Source: Phoronis australis (Eukaryota; Animalia; Phoronida). Taken from it: a DNA stretch of 64,000 nt. A program made the translations under genes and the position numbers. Position 1 is the stretch's first letter. Every line of letters starts with the position of its first letter. Of this stretch, positions 50,401 to 62,353 are shown one piece after another. Location: positions 404,474 through 468,473 of the forward strand of contig NMRA01000116.1 in NCBI GenBank assembly GCA_002633005.1, in the 5' to 3' direction. Below the pieces are notes generated by a model that did no database searches, was not told the DNA's origin, and worked only from the letters and a program-made list of their open reading frames with translations.

Positions 50401-52076
50401 GCCAACAATCAAACTTCATGAAAGGGAGCCCTGAAATTGAACATCGGCGGCCGGCTCGGCCATTGATCACATTTATCTGAACGTAAAAAAGAGATAACAC
50501 AGCTTATTCGGACAGAATGACGTTTTCGGAACTATACTTTTTCCCCAGAGATGTTGCTGAGAGCAAAGTTGGAAACTTGCTCATAGTGTCACACTTCCGG
50601 TTTGAGGAATTCTTATTTTATCAATATTACGGAAACTGAAAACTTCAAAATACATTTCGATGCCAGTAAAATTTGTAACACTGATTGGAATATCTCAGAA
50701 ATATAAATTAAACGTGTCCCTTTCATAGTTGACCTTTTCATCACTCTTACAGAAATTTACATTGTAGTCGGTACTTCTAAAGAACATGACATGACTTTCC
50801 TGATATCGTATACCGAAAATCCTTTTTTCTTATCAGGGTAAAGGAACCCAAGTGACTTACTGGTTACTGGGAAAGAAAGGCTTCCGAAAAGAATTGCCAA
50901 GAATTTCTGTCAGGTGAGAATGACAATTCTGTTATGGGAAACGTCAGATTTTATTAGCTGCCCTTGCTAGGGCAAAACAGTCGCCTGGTTTCCCGCAGCT
51001 AAGTTTCATAACCAGTGGAGTCTCCTACACGGCACAACATCATTCAGGCTACGGCTGCTAAAATTCGGGGATAAGGTAGACTTATTATCATTCAAAATAT
51101 TAAGAATATTTGGTGATTATTACCAACTGTTAAGCAACCGAAAACACACGAGTTGGCCATTAAGCGGATATTCTCAGATTTTCTGAACAATACCTAGGAA
51201 TTAGGGAACCAAGGGGTTTTGGCCCCCTGACAGATCTATGAATTATTCATGTCCTCTTTGACAGAACAATTGCGATGAGATGACGATCATGAGCTGAAAT
51301 AGGTTACTGCCCAAAGGCCATGTGCAAACAGTCAAAATATCAGATTTCCCGGAGAACACTACTTCCCGTTCTTGACAAAATCAAAATATGGGACATACAA
51401 CTGCCACTGACATTACGTGTAGGCCTACTGAAGTAGCTTCTTCCGTTTGCCATTTTTCAGTGGTGACAGTGCAGTCGGCAGCATGGAAAACCTTGGGGAG
51501 ACACCAAGCCCTGTTCCGTCTGCTTCACCGGCTCTTCTGCTCCCGAACAATTCTGGCGGGAAATGTAGCTCGGCCATGTCGTTGGTTGAGTCAGTCAACG
51601 ATATCGACGTCAGCATGGGGTCACAGAGTTCAGATGTTTCAGGAAATGTTTCTGGTACAGAATGTTCCACAAAAGATACTTTGCGGACACGTGATGCCAA
51701 CTCTCCTGAAAAAGATAACAACGTCACAGAAGAAAACAGTGGAAGCGTGAAGGATTCCAAAAACAATGCCAAGAAAGTATCGGATTTCGGACCGAATGAA
51801 TCTAATGTGAGTCCGAAGTCCAGAGACAAAATGTTGGGAACTAGGCGAAGTTCTGCTCCTTTAGAAGTAAGAGCATCGCCGCCGACAACTGCACGGACGC
51901 GTTGCTCTATTTCTTCTCCGTTTGATTTAACGAGGGAACCAAGCAAGTCGAGTTTAAAGAAAGTATCCATGAGTGATAGTTACGTGTTGCACAGACGTGA
52001 TGCAAAGCCCAAAGTAGACTTTGTCTTTCCAAGCATTCCAGAGATAAAAGTGACTCAAGGGTTTTGTGACACTTGA
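26717..52076 (+). CDS. Receptor-type (membrane) guanylyl cyclase, natriuretic-peptide-receptor-like; 20 exons, about 1247 aa
   Basis: Exons: 26717-27050, 33485-33664, 34257-34409, 34786-35075, 35417-35531, 35812-36021, 37050-37122 (TM), 37855-38011, 42458-42541, 43022-43276, 43498-43663, 43994-44143, 44985-45165, 46589-46717, 47407-47542, 47764-47832, 47961-48234, 49070-49164, 50837-50913, 51461-52076. Phases are consistent; total 3744 nt. Domains: signal peptide, ANF-receptor-like ectodomain ([10 protein letters not shown]; [13 protein letters not shown]), TM helix, kinase-homology domain ([17 protein letters not shown]), coiled coil ([10 protein letters not shown]), cyclase ([37 protein letters not shown]) with the GTP-specifying Glu and Cys. 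Confidence 0.93.
27680..27770. repeat. 30-bp tandem repeat, 3 copies
   Basis: Unit GATTGGACAATATTAGACTTGCACGTGTGT; the third copy is 2 nt shorter. Confidence 0.9.
30406..30657. mobile_element. MITE with CATG(C/G)GC(A/G)CACCC TIRs
   Basis: Left CATGGGCACACCCGG; the right end CTGGGTGCGCGCATG is its imperfect reverse complement. Confidence 0.5.
32407..32465. repeat. (ATG)n microsatellite
   Basis: Direct reading. Confidence 0.95.
32803..32829. mobile_element. 27-bp miniature palindromic element
   Basis: CATAGACATCT-AAAAT-AGATGTCTATG flanked by GTTTCAAC and ATTTCAAG (6/8 match). Confidence 0.55.
36340..36501. mobile_element. CAG(G/T)GGCGGAT-TIR MITE, copy 3 (opposite orientation to copy 2)
   Basis: AGTGGCGGATTT...CCTGGACCCACCCCTG with GAAAG on both sides. 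Confidence 0.7.
38441..40309 (+). CDS. Intronless 622-aa ORF with a C-terminal degenerate protein-kinase fold (pseudokinase-like), nested in intron 8 of the guanylyl cyclase gene
   Basis: Uninterrupted 1869-nt ORF. Kinase landmarks occur in order: DRGNYG (Gly loop, 39611), YALK (39662), VRREVEM (alphaC), [13 protein letters not shown] (HRD loop), FLDVRDA (DFG position). AATAAA at 40628 and 40884. Confidence 0.78.
   Translation: MITNKKDILKRTNERLKLYIAQERAKNRIEELREALRDVIPDENEYESADDRYQMVSARDELTPSAYSEDAEKRSQQNKNSSNNNAHLSASREPQRDIILHEDETHNSNTNCSSGRQESQSNTNPDDIKLGGDFDGVETKSNASPPPGCFGDAEKGILCKRATCKNNNQEPHRDILLRGNSHEVKSNESPLPGCSVVGKKRTKQKRPFRNNRVHCLNVSQEPHRITTPRNFDSLECHEYEGLAEDGELSPPASSGHSNGCEDNSNLNSAMSLRSLTDGTLHMFPEEVTETRFLPVPGMSEDADGLDRQGDIQKLSVFQRAFRKVKSVFTMKKRSRNNINWYGYEPDFSFPTFKTSPLHNLSDFPINVGETVVHDPMSYNYVYRDGKPVLIDRGNYGCMFLVERQKMFYALKVFCKESSSFYEVRREVEMFQFVNEKGIGPQLRGVFPLEENAIHYSWGILFDIAGNNSCRGKTLRELLSEYKKEKPGFTRLRDQDWLDILITICEQINALNRAGVVLRAMNPDSIVVIKVNGVYKAQFLDVRDATLLKENPCTTHYGDFIKVCELMGLINWETQSNKRFHDASQLISQGSEKAHWEHVIEALRTERSATCSLFKKWFLCRKQ
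45571..45685. mobile_element. CAG(G/T)GGCGGAT-TIR MITE, copy 4 (internally deleted)
   Basis: CAGTGGCGTC...CTGGATCCGCCCTTA with AATAT on both sides. Confidence 0.7.
48731..48979. repeat. About 250-bp foldback (long imperfect inverted repeat) in cyclase intron 17
   Basis: The outer arm ATGATATTAACAGT...CTAGATCTTCGGA.ACCTCTCGTCTC and the inner arm GTGATGAGT.GCGGGAAC..TGGTCACGT each have a reverse-complement partner. Confidence 0.85.
50294..50430. mobile_element. PIF/Harbinger-like MITE
   Basis: GGCTACGTTTCATGAA...TTCATGAAAGGGAGCC with CAG and CTG flanks. Confidence 0.6.
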
Positions 52077-52338
52077 CTTGCGTTACGAAATATTTTTGGA
52101 CATATTCATAAATTCGTGTTTTGAGGTATTATTCTGAACATATTCATAAACTGTTTCATTTTGTGCATTATCAACTTATTGGGAGGTTGTCATTAGAAGT
52201 GCCAAAAAGTTAGAATTGTTATTTTTTAGAGCTCAAGCAGCGAATCTTAGTTATTCAAACATTGGAACTGGATAATGAACATTCTAACGATAACACGTAC
52301 AATAACAAATAGTAATACATAGTGATACAAAATATGAA

Positions 52339-52681
52339 TGTGATGACAGTGGTGGTGATGATGACGATGATGGTGATAATGACGGTGATGATTATGATGG
52401 TGTTGATGATGATGATGATGATGACGATGGTGGTGATGATGGTGATGATGATGGTGATGATTATGATGGTGTTAATGATGATGATTATGGTGGTGTTAAT
52501 GATGATGATGATGATGATGATGGTGGTGATGATTATGATGGTGTTAATGATGATGATGATCATCATCATCATGGTGATGATGATGATGATGACGATGGTG
52601 ATGATTATGATGGTGTTGATGATGATGATGATCGTGATGATGATGGTGTTGATGATGATGATGATGACGATGGTGATGATT

Positions 52682-52722
<41 letters not shown>
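52339..52722. repeat. Compound (ATG/GTG)n microsatellite downstream of the cyclase stop codon
   Basis: Direct reading; it accounts for the poly-Met and poly-Ile pseudo-ORFs. Confidence 0.95.
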
Positions 52723-53467
52723 AGTAGAACGGAAAGATTAGATCCCGGCTCTAGAACGCAGCAGATCAGTTGATTATTTATCTTTGTCTAAAGATATATT
52801 GAGAATACGCGTAATCGCATACCGAGAGATGTGACAATGTGATCAAGAAAATGAACACCTCGGATGCAGTCAGAATACCTTGGTTATTTGTAGCCTAAAA
52901 TTGTCCTTCGAAGGTGTTTCATATCTGCTCGTGCGCGAACTACAGTCATTATATCAAAAACGGTTTGGTCGAGAGACGTCTAAAATCATGGCTTCAGGCA
53001 ACGTAGCAGATCTGGAAAGTCATACGCGACGGTCATTTTAACCCTTTAGTCTGTCTTCTGATGTTTGGTCAACTCGCAGGTTTATCCCGGCACATTCGAC
53101 GACATTCTCCATTTTGAAAGTGGCATGACTAGCTGAAATGATTGAATATCGCACATGCGCAGATATAAAGCACTTCCGAGGGATAACTTGAGGATACGAA
53201 AATACCCGAGGATAAGCAATCGGTGCCGCTTTAACCGCAAAAATTATTCGCGATTGAAATCCTCACAGCGATCGTAATGCAACAATAACTTAGGACCCGC
53301 ACACGATGCGACAAATGCTACAAGCCAAACATGCACGCCCAATGCAGCATCTTGTGTTGGTACCTTAAATTTAGTGAGGGCGCCTTTAATGTTCATATAA
53401 ATTCGATTTCTAATTCGCCCTCACCATTTGCTCAACAGAATTAGTGGACAAGTCATACAGACGTATA

Positions 53468-54007
53468 CAGGATGTCACAAAAATGTCCACAAAAATATTC
53501 TGAAATATGAATATCAGGATGTGGTTTTACTGGGCACTACTTGGGCGGCGCAGAACTGAAATAAGGGCTCTATGGTGCACCGCCCATGAACTAGTGTTTT
53601 TGTATTCCACGAACCCCAACATCTACTTGTTGTGGTCCAATTATTACCGATAGAATCCATAAATGAATAGTGACAAGTCAAACGAGGTTCAGTCAACCTT
53701 ACTTTTATCACGAGTTGTGAACGGAACACAGACGCTGCTTTGTTGGCTCTCTTAAAACATTCGCATGCTCCGAGCACTTCCCTTTCAATTCGTTGTTCTT
53801 CGATATCTGCGCTTAAGGTGCGCCATTGGTTCCTTTTTGTGATAAAAATTTAAAAAATGCTATCTTGAGTTAGACTCAAAAGTGGCACGTTTTCTAATTT
53901 TTACTCATTGGGCAAAACAAAATTGACGATGCCTGGAATAAGAAGAACATCATTAGTTGTTCCTGTACTCAGATAATTTAGAATACTTAACATTTTGGGA
54001 CACCCTG
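53468..54007. mobile_element. Non-autonomous Tc1/mariner element
   Basis: TA|CAGGATGTCACAAAAATGT ... ACATTTTGGGACACCCTG|TA, i.e. TIRs with a TA duplication. Minus-strand CWGSWN weakly recalls the transposase WGSENP motif. Confidence 0.7.
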
Positions 54008-54306
54008 TACTTTTGACTGGAAAATGAGTTTGACATCACCTAGTCTCAACGGCGTCGCACTTGATTAACACAGTATAAACGCTCATAAAATACATTCGCT
54101 TGAACCAGCGACATATTTCGTGTTCAATTAATAATGATTTGATTAATTACTTATTGCATAAGAATGAAATTAATAATGAATACAGACAATTTTAAAATGT
54201 GTTGTTGGCATTCACCAATAGGATTAATGCAGGTGCACCCCCGGAACTACGCGGGTACGGTTCAGCGATTCGCGATTCTTATTGGCAAACATGCCTATAA
54301 GAAGCG

Positions 54307-55917
54307 ATGGAAGAGTCATTTCGCTTTAGTCTCTGTAAAGATTCAGAAATGTTCACGTTTTGTGATGGGAACTCGTGTATAGCCGGAGTGGTCTTTTTCG
54401 TGTTCAAAGTTGGAGAAGCCATCTTGGATCCTAGTGTTAAACTTTATCTATACAAATCTGTATGTGTGGAGCGATTTCTGACCAACGAAACCATATGCGA
54501 CCATTTACATCACTACGAAACCGCTGAAGATTTGGTACAAATGTTATCCACAACCCAATTGATTATATACAAACTTCTTTTGAACATACCTTCGATAGTT
54601 CTCGGCTTAGTCTGTGGTGCTTGGAGTGACGTCGTAGGGCGAAAACTTCCAATGTTGTTGCCGTGTGTCGGTAGCCTGTTGGCGGTCCTTATCTACATGT
54701 TGAGCACAATCATTGACCAACCCGTCATACCGTTTGTTTTCGTAGGTACGACCATTCGTGGAATCGTCGGCAAAAGTTCGGTTATAACAATGGCGGTACA
54801 CAGTTATGTGTCGGATGTCAGTACGCAAGAAGCACGTACCAGTCGTTTCGGAAAATTATTGGCGATGAGTTTTTTTGGCCTCTTCTTGGGTTCGCTGATT
54901 GCGGGACTATTACTAGAGTATTCAAACTTTAACATCGTCTTCTGTTCAGTATTGCTATTGCATAGTGCAACGATCATTGTCATTCTTTTGTTCCTACGCG
55001 AAAGTTTGCCAGAAAAAAACACAGCAAGCAGCGAGGAAGATTCGCCACAATGCGGACTGTTCAATCTAGAGTATGTTCGAGATTCCATCAAAGTGTTGAA
55101 TAAACCCAGACAGAATAATGCCCGTTGTCACCTCTTGTTACTGCTTTGTGTGATTTTTGTACATCAGACGTGCAAAGCTGGTCGTAATGACGTAACAATG
55201 CTGTTCCTTCGTCGTCGTCCTCTAGGCTGGGACAACGCCATCTACGGGTACTTGCTTGCTGTTAACTACGCCAGTATGGGATTAACGTTATTCTTTGTTC
55301 TCCCGCTTTTGTCAGGCTACTTAAAGGTTAACGACCTAACCATAGTTATGATGAGCATGGGCTTTCGCGTTGTTCATCTCGTTTTGTTGTCCGTCAGCGC
55401 CGTTGTCGGCGAATCGTGGTTAGTTTTTGTAGCGACAGTAATTGGTTCTGTTTCCGTCATGCTTGCCTCCAGTATCAAATCTATTCTGAGTAAAATTATC
55501 ACTGAAGATGAGACCGGGAAACTATTTTCTTTTATTTCGTGCAGTGAGACATCATCGGCGCTAATTGGTGTGGTTATATTCACAAACATTTATGGAGCAA
55601 CGATAGAAATATTTTCCGGTTTTGTGTTCGACGTCGAAGCATTTCTCTACGTGCTGTTGATTTTTGTTGTCCTGTTCGTGTCGATCGATCAAAGATCTTC
55701 GTCACAGTATGCTCTCCTAAGCGATATAGCACCCAAATACTATGGATCAGAAGACAAAGACAAATCCGAGTCATCTGCTTTGAATCGGAGCCAAACTGAA
55801 AAGCTACTTGGCACGTGCTCAGAGAAAGACAAACGCTCTCGGTTTCTTGGTTGTGACGATTCTGTACCGGGAAGTAAACTGCTGACAGTGCCGCATGTAG
55901 GGAATAGTCCAGACTGA
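54307..55917 (+). CDS. MFS transporter, SLC46 family (proton-coupled folate transporter-like), intronless, 536 aa
   Basis: Multiple TM helices; motif GAWSDVVGRKLPMLLP; Cys-containing first loop (SVC...TICD); SYVSDVS...RTSRF; LSKIITEDETGKLFS. All typical of SLC46. Confidence 0.9.
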   Translation: MEESFRFSLCKDSEMFTFCDGNSCIAGVVFFVFKVGEAILDPSVKLYLYKSVCVERFLTNETICDHLHHYETAEDLVQMLSTTQLIIYKLLLNIPSIVLGLVCGAWSDVVGRKLPMLLPCVGSLLAVLIYMLSTIIDQPVIPFVFVGTTIRGIVGKSSVITMAVHSYVSDVSTQEARTSRFGKLLAMSFFGLFLGSLIAGLLLEYSNFNIVFCSVLLLHSATIIVILLFLRESLPEKNTASSEEDSPQCGLFNLEYVRDSIKVLNKPRQNNARCHLLLLLCVIFVHQTCKAGRNDVTMLFLRRRPLGWDNAIYGYLLAVNYASMGLTLFFVLPLLSGYLKVNDLTIVMMSMGFRVVHLVLLSVSAVVGESWLVFVATVIGSVSVMLASSIKSILSKIITEDETGKLFSFISCSETSSALIGVVIFTNIYGATIEIFSGFVFDVEAFLYVLLIFVVLFVSIDQRSSSQYALLSDIAPKYYGSEDKDKSESSALNRSQTEKLLGTCSEKDKRSRFLGCDDSVPGSKLLTVPHVGNSPD

Positions 55918-58900
55918 TGATAAATATATCCTTATTTCGATTTTAGGTGCTTTTGTATACACTTATTAGTAAGTTCGTTAGAAAATGTCAATTTGACGCG
56001 ATGCAGATTTTTGCAAAAAAAAATTTAAAAAGCCAATGTCACAACGATACAGTTGCGTTTGAAACTGCTGGGTGACAAAACAAGAGCATCAGGGTAGACT
56101 TCAGTAGCTGTCTTGCTGCTGGAAAAATCTAGCCAAAATCACGTGTTTTCGTTTAAAATACGCGGCAATATCTCGGGTAATCTCAAAGTCTTGCTTTTCT
56201 AGCGAGATCCTAACGAGGTCCTAACTTTATTGAACTCTACCGAGTACTCTAATGGCACGTGTCGCGTGAGTGTCTATGGCGATTGCGTCAACTAAAATAT
56301 TTCTGCGTCTGAAATAAGCGCCTAACAAATCACTTTGTTTCGTAGCTCCTATATTACTCAAGCATGATCAAAATATAAAATAATGAGGAATACGAATTCA
56401 GTTCTGAAATTGACTAGCAGAGATATCCAAACCCCAGTTTACCATGAATAACTCCTATTACCTGAGAGAACGTACTCTCAAAACTCGTAACAAAAGTGAA
56501 ATACGTTTTTATTTGCAAAATGATAACCTCAAAACCAGCCTTTAAAGTGACATTACATGCGACAAAAGTGAAAGTGACTTCCTAAGATCATCCGCGATGC
56601 CAAATCGAACTCACAAGCTCATCAGTAGCAGTCCAACACTTCACTTGAGGAGAACACCCCACTTGATAAATAACAGAATATTTTAACTGTGTGTAACCGC
56701 TTACGTCATTGGCCTTGATTTCAACGAATGGTTGTCAAACAACGGTGATTGGTGATTTTATAAAATCCCAAACACAACGGATTTTGTTGTTTAATAGCTC
56801 TGGTCAAACCTAATAACTTGGAAAAGACTACCCCAGTCAAGAATAATCCCCCAGTATGCGTTCGGTCGTAAAACCGACAATATTCCTGTAATTAAGACTT
56901 ACAAATTGAATTTTCCAGTCATTCATGATACTTGCTGTATCAAAGCGATAATGTCAGGAAGTAATGGTGTCTTGTAGCAAGAAATTATCACGAATTCAAA
57001 TTTTAATTTACTTCAAAGTAACAATTTTTATATTCATAACGAACCTTTTAAACAAATTATAGCAAATGATGCATAATAATCACAGAACTCTTTTGAATTA
57101 AAAATGGAGAACTTTATAGTTTTGATCGTGTTTTGTTTACGTAAAAGCTTTGATAATGTATTCTCGTTAAGGGAAATTCATTATCTATAAACATATTTGA
57201 ATTTTGAATAAATATCGTAGTGTCAATGAAGGTGGTCTCAGTTGGCCAAAATATGTAATAGTAATGGGCAACCAGCCCAGTCATCAAAAAACAGGAATAG
57301 GTACAGTAGTCTACAAAAGCACATTTAGAATGGAAAAATGCTTGACGTACGCACTTTTGATGCTACATGGAGCAACTTTGTTTGAAAGGATCAAATTTTA
57401 GGTAAAACAAATATTTTTTATATTTCAACCAAAGGTTATTTTATCGCGATTCATTATATGGTTATAAGTGAAACGTACACATTTCACATCCACGTACGTT
57501 TTCTAAATGGATAAAGCGCCGTAATCCGTAAGACTTTTTGTTTGAACCAACTATCATTAACCCCGAATCACTAAATAAACTACGTATTGGTAATCAGCTA
57601 TTACGCGACGAACTTGGTCCTTATAAGTTGTCAAATAATATACAGTACAGAAATAAAATACAAAAACATGATTCAAATTATGCAATACATAATACAAAAT
57701 GTTTCGAGAAGATATCAAGATCCAGTTGGTCTTGGGATCAATGTTAAGAATCATGAAGCTTTGATTACAGTCAACGCATGACCAAATGATATGTGACGTA
57801 ATGATGTGTATTCATCACAAGAGATCAACTGTATATTGGACGAATAGCGAATGAGACGTTTGCTTGAAGCGAAAGAGATCATCTTGTGTGAAGATGATCG
57901 TTGAGACAATATAAATTACAAGGCGTTCTAAATCTTCCTGTAGCACATATGTGAAGGTCATTTGAAGAAAGACAACGCTAAAAATACGTTTTTCAAGAGC
58001 GACAGTACATCTAAAGACGCAAACAACTAAGCTAAACATGACAAGCTAAAACAATCAAGCTATTGTTGATCAATGTTATATGAAAAAGCAAAAGAAACGA
58101 CTGAAATAAGTACTTGAGTTTTTGTGTCATCCAGCATTTTATAGTTCCGTGTAAGTACTTCTCCAACCACGTAAATGTGACTTTCATGTAACTGATGACT
58201 GTAGACGTGTTTTGACTACATCTGTTGTTATCGGTACATCTTTTTCGATGTTTTTTATAGTCGATTGCTAACAGGAAATTTTCACCATCACGAATAATCT
58301 TTTAACATTTATTATATTTCAAAATTTGTGAATAGCTAGAGTTTGAGACCAGAAAGAGAGTCCAATCGCAAACCTTTTTTGTAACAGCTCTTCTGGCAAA
58401 TTTGAAAAACTGGTATTTAAGGATTTGTGCTACTTTTTAGTGCAATTCAGCTGAGAAACGAATTGTGTGGCCTAAGTGTAGTCTGAACTGCTGTTGAAAG
58501 CATACTTCAACACCCTATTTGCAAAATGACTTGTATGATTATGTATTTACTTACAGGAAAATTAATCAATTTGACAGGAGCTCGTGGAAAATTTCTATCA
58601 AACTATAATTGTGTAGACTGTAAATTGGCATACAATCACGGGTATTCACCAAACTAAGGTCATCTGAACGGTGATAGAACATGACTATCTATTGTAGTTC
58701 TGACTTCTTCAGACACATCGTTTGTATTATAGCCTACTAAAATATTCTTATTCGATGACGAATACATGTAGAAACCAAAAATAACTTGCGAAATAATCAT
58801 CTCCTTTATGTGCAAATTATACGCGATTGACGTAAGGAAGACTGGAATTTGTCGAGCATTTATTTTGGCGGACTAATAAGAGAACGCAGTTGTCATTATC

Positions 58901-59177
58901 TGTTGAGTCGAGCAATTAGATTTTTGACAGCGTTTATTTAGATGAGCTTCTAATTTGTTTTCAATGGTCGATCGATAGATGCGTTGACGAGTTAGAGAAA
59001 GTCAATGAGACATTATTTAATCCATGGGCGAAGTGTCTAAAAAGAATGCACGCTTTTTGTTGTGTTCCGGTTTTTTAACGACTTTTGAATATGACCAACT
59101 CTCGCTCTAAATCTGACGTCTTGGACGAGTTCCGAGAACAGGATCTTTCATTTCAAGAACAAATGAAAGAAGCCGTA

Positions 59178-59224
59178 GTTGTTGTTGTTTCTGCTGCTGC
59201 TGCTACTGCTGCTGCTGCTGCTGC

Positions 59225-59255
<31 letters not shown>

Positions 59256-59272
59256 GCTGCTGCTGTTGTTGT
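59178..59272. repeat. Compound (GCT)n(GTT)n microsatellite
   Basis: Direct reading. Confidence 0.95.
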
Positions 59273-62200
59273 CGAAGACAAGCAATGCTAAATACCAATA
59301 ATGGTGTTGGTAAAACAGTGTTTAAATAACCTTAATCACGCTGACCACTTTTTTATTAGTGTATAAAAATGATCAAACGCTATATGTAAGGTGAATAATG
59401 ACAAAATTACGGTTGAATAAGAAATTAACTATTGAGTATTCATTAAATGAATGGTTGGATATTCATCAAATGAATGATGGATGACTTAATTCACGCAAAT
59501 GACAACTATAATTATTCTCAAAATCAAACATGGAAGCGTCATTCCGGTTCAGCGGATAGAATTATCATATAAAAGTATTTGCACCGAATCCAAAATTAAG
59601 CAAAAGCATATTAAAACTATAGATTGGCAAAAGGGACTTGCGGATAAAGGCGCTTTCTAAACAAGACAAAAATAAACTTATTTAATTCCTGTCATTCTAA
59701 CATTAAAAGCCAGTTATCTAAATAAAACTTCTCTTGAGCAGACTGTAAGGAGACAATGTGGGCAGTGACAATTGTGAATGCGTTTCAAGAATTTTAATAG
59801 GTATAGGTGCTTTATTAGATTACGCAAACGTGTCAGTATTCAATACATTCATTACTTGAAAGTCTCGCCGCATCACATGAAAGAAATCGTGTCCCTTTCA
59901 TTTCACAGCATTAGAAAATATATCGATTTTAAAGTTATTCTGGCTTTTAATAACCGCTAATTCGCAGGCAAATCAAAATCCGCAGTTTGTCTACAGTTAG
60001 TTAAATAAACCATTTTATGCTCCTGTGAAATGTAGTGGAGAGCATACTACTTGACGGCTATTAACCTTATACACAAAACACGAAAACGCTTTCGCAATCA
60101 CACACATTCGTGTTTATAGTCATTTGACTAACGACGAAAATGCAAAAGCAAAATCCCTCGGACATTTAAATAATATGACACTAATTACGCATGTGTAATG
60201 TACATGTGTTCACTTAGTGTTTATACGTCTTGCTCTCAGTAACTCCCGACGCAGTTTCTACTGCTCCAGCCGCTGCAGTGCGTCTGATGCCGACGCCAGT
60301 ACGCTACCTGAAGAGTACTATGCCATAACGGGGTGTGTCGCTGAAACATTTGGATATTCAGCCTATAAAAATACACCCCCTTGTTAAAAGAGACCGATTC
60401 ATATTGAAAACTTTTATGCAAAAGTTAAACTTTCCATTGAAATTTTTGTTCCGGCGTAGCATAACCTTTTATTGAATAAAATTAAACGAATAACCAATTG
60501 AATTGTAACATTTAATTCAATAGTAGCTAAAGATAAGATTGTTAACGTTTTTCATGAGGACTTTTGTCGAAAAAGGCACATTTATATACGTAGGGAAACT
60601 GGTGACGAAAACCCATCTGGGCAGAACGTCCCTTATACCCACGCGTGTAGGGCCCCCTGGTGATTTACTAACTGTTCTTCCTCTTGACGCAGTTGCTGTT
60701 GTTTCATTTGAAAAAAAAGAATAAGAAGGAACAGTTCCGTCAAACCAGTCGGACTGCACCCACCAGTTACCGTCACTGCGATTTCACTACAAGCGCAAAG
60801 TAGATATGGCGGAAGCACCCTGCAAAAATGTACGTTACATGGTTCCGTTCTGTAGACGTTAGAATCTCGCGAAAACGCAAGCCTTCGCGATATGTTGCCA
60901 TGCATTGCATGTGACCAAAGTAGCTTTTCGGTCTCAATGGTCGTGGGTCAACGAAACGCAGTCCAGATTCTTTTTTATGTTTTTCCGGTGTTATTTAACT
61001 GAAACTATCACCGCCACGGAACCACAGAATCGTAAGGTCTTTGGAGGAAAATTAGCTGTTGAAACAATGGATATCCACAATTACAAACATTTAAAGTTTT
61101 GTTGGTGACCACTCGAGTTCTCTGTGTTCGGGAATTAGAATACATGAGTCTTATCGGCGAACTCATGTTTCCATAGTAGATCAAAAGTGCTGTCACTGAC
61201 ATAGGTGCGACATATTTGATTAGCTTAATTCACATCAGATATTATCAAAGAAAAATGGACCTTGTTAATTATAACGTATATCCACATGGTTTTGTATCCC
61301 GTAAGCATTTTCTTGTTCATTTTTCATAAACCACTGATTTGCAGTAAGAATCGAAATTCATCGTAAAAACCATGTTTCTGCTTTCCGAAACGACAAATTT
61401 TCGTGGACCAATATGGAGGACAGCCGCTTTCTTAGCTCTGATTGGTTGTGACTAATAGCATGACGTTCGACATGTTGAAATTATCCCTTCATCGACATTT
61501 TGCTATAAAAATGTTAATGGCACATACGCAAATAAGAGTCATGTTACTATTTTACCAAAAATTCCTGCATTACATAGCCTATTCGTATGGTTCTAACAAA
61601 CTAAGTTATAAATTTCAAAGAAATATACAAGAACATCAATTAACTTAAATCATACACAGCACTTCATTTGTCGCAAATATCAGCATCTGAATTGTTCAAA
61701 AATCTCTCCTGTGTTCATCGGTAAGCCAGTCTATCAAGACTACGATCCCACAAGTAAAGCATGCGTCCGCGTAAGAATTTCCTGCAGTATTCGCACGCAG
61801 CGAGCCGTAAAATTGCCAGACGACGGTCAAGATATTAGTTTTTCGGACGATATCAGAAATCGATGAAGACGCTCAAAACTTAAGCGTTTCTATTACGATT
61901 GATTGAAGTGGTCTTATATTGGGCAGAGCGTCTTGCATGTGGTCAAATCGAATAGTTGGTATGTATTTTGAACTATCACGTTGGTTTTCACCCACCGTTA
62001 TATATTTCCTCTATTACCCGGTTGAAAAACTGTAACAAGTGACCTCAAACGATCGACCATTGATCTTCAATTTTTTAGCAATGCTGTAATAAAGCGCCGG
62101 AGTTGGTAGGAATAACCATCATAAAACAGAATAAAGATTGCCGATGAGTTTATGATCGGAGTCAATTCTTACGCAGTTCATGCAGTTGCTGTTAGCTGCT

Positions 62201-62289
62201 GAAACAGGGAGTAGTAATTCCGTAGCAGTATCGGAATATTGGATGTATTGAACCAATCGCTGAGTTGCTGACATAACTCCCAACTCTTC

Positions 62290-62353
62290 CCAACGTACCC
62301 TGGTCGTCACCAACGTACCCTGGTCGACGCCAGTGTACCCTGGTCGTCACCAA
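62290..62353. repeat. 20-bp tandem repeat, 3 copies
   Basis: Unit CCAACGTACCCTGGTCGTCA with small variations. Confidence 0.85.

Noticed and set aside
51388-51750. Alternative frame for the cyclase last exon via the AG at 51421-51422
   Set aside because: The acceptor at 51460 has a much better pyrimidine tract and opens the longer ORF in the correct phase.
51425-51970. 181-aa antisense ORF
   Set aside because: Shadow of the cyclase last exon, with no independent features.
52255-52741. Poly-Met and poly-Ile ORFs
   Set aside because: They are translations of an ATG/GTG microsatellite.
59085-59291. Poly-Ala/Val ORF
   Set aside because: It comes from the GCT/GTT microsatellite.
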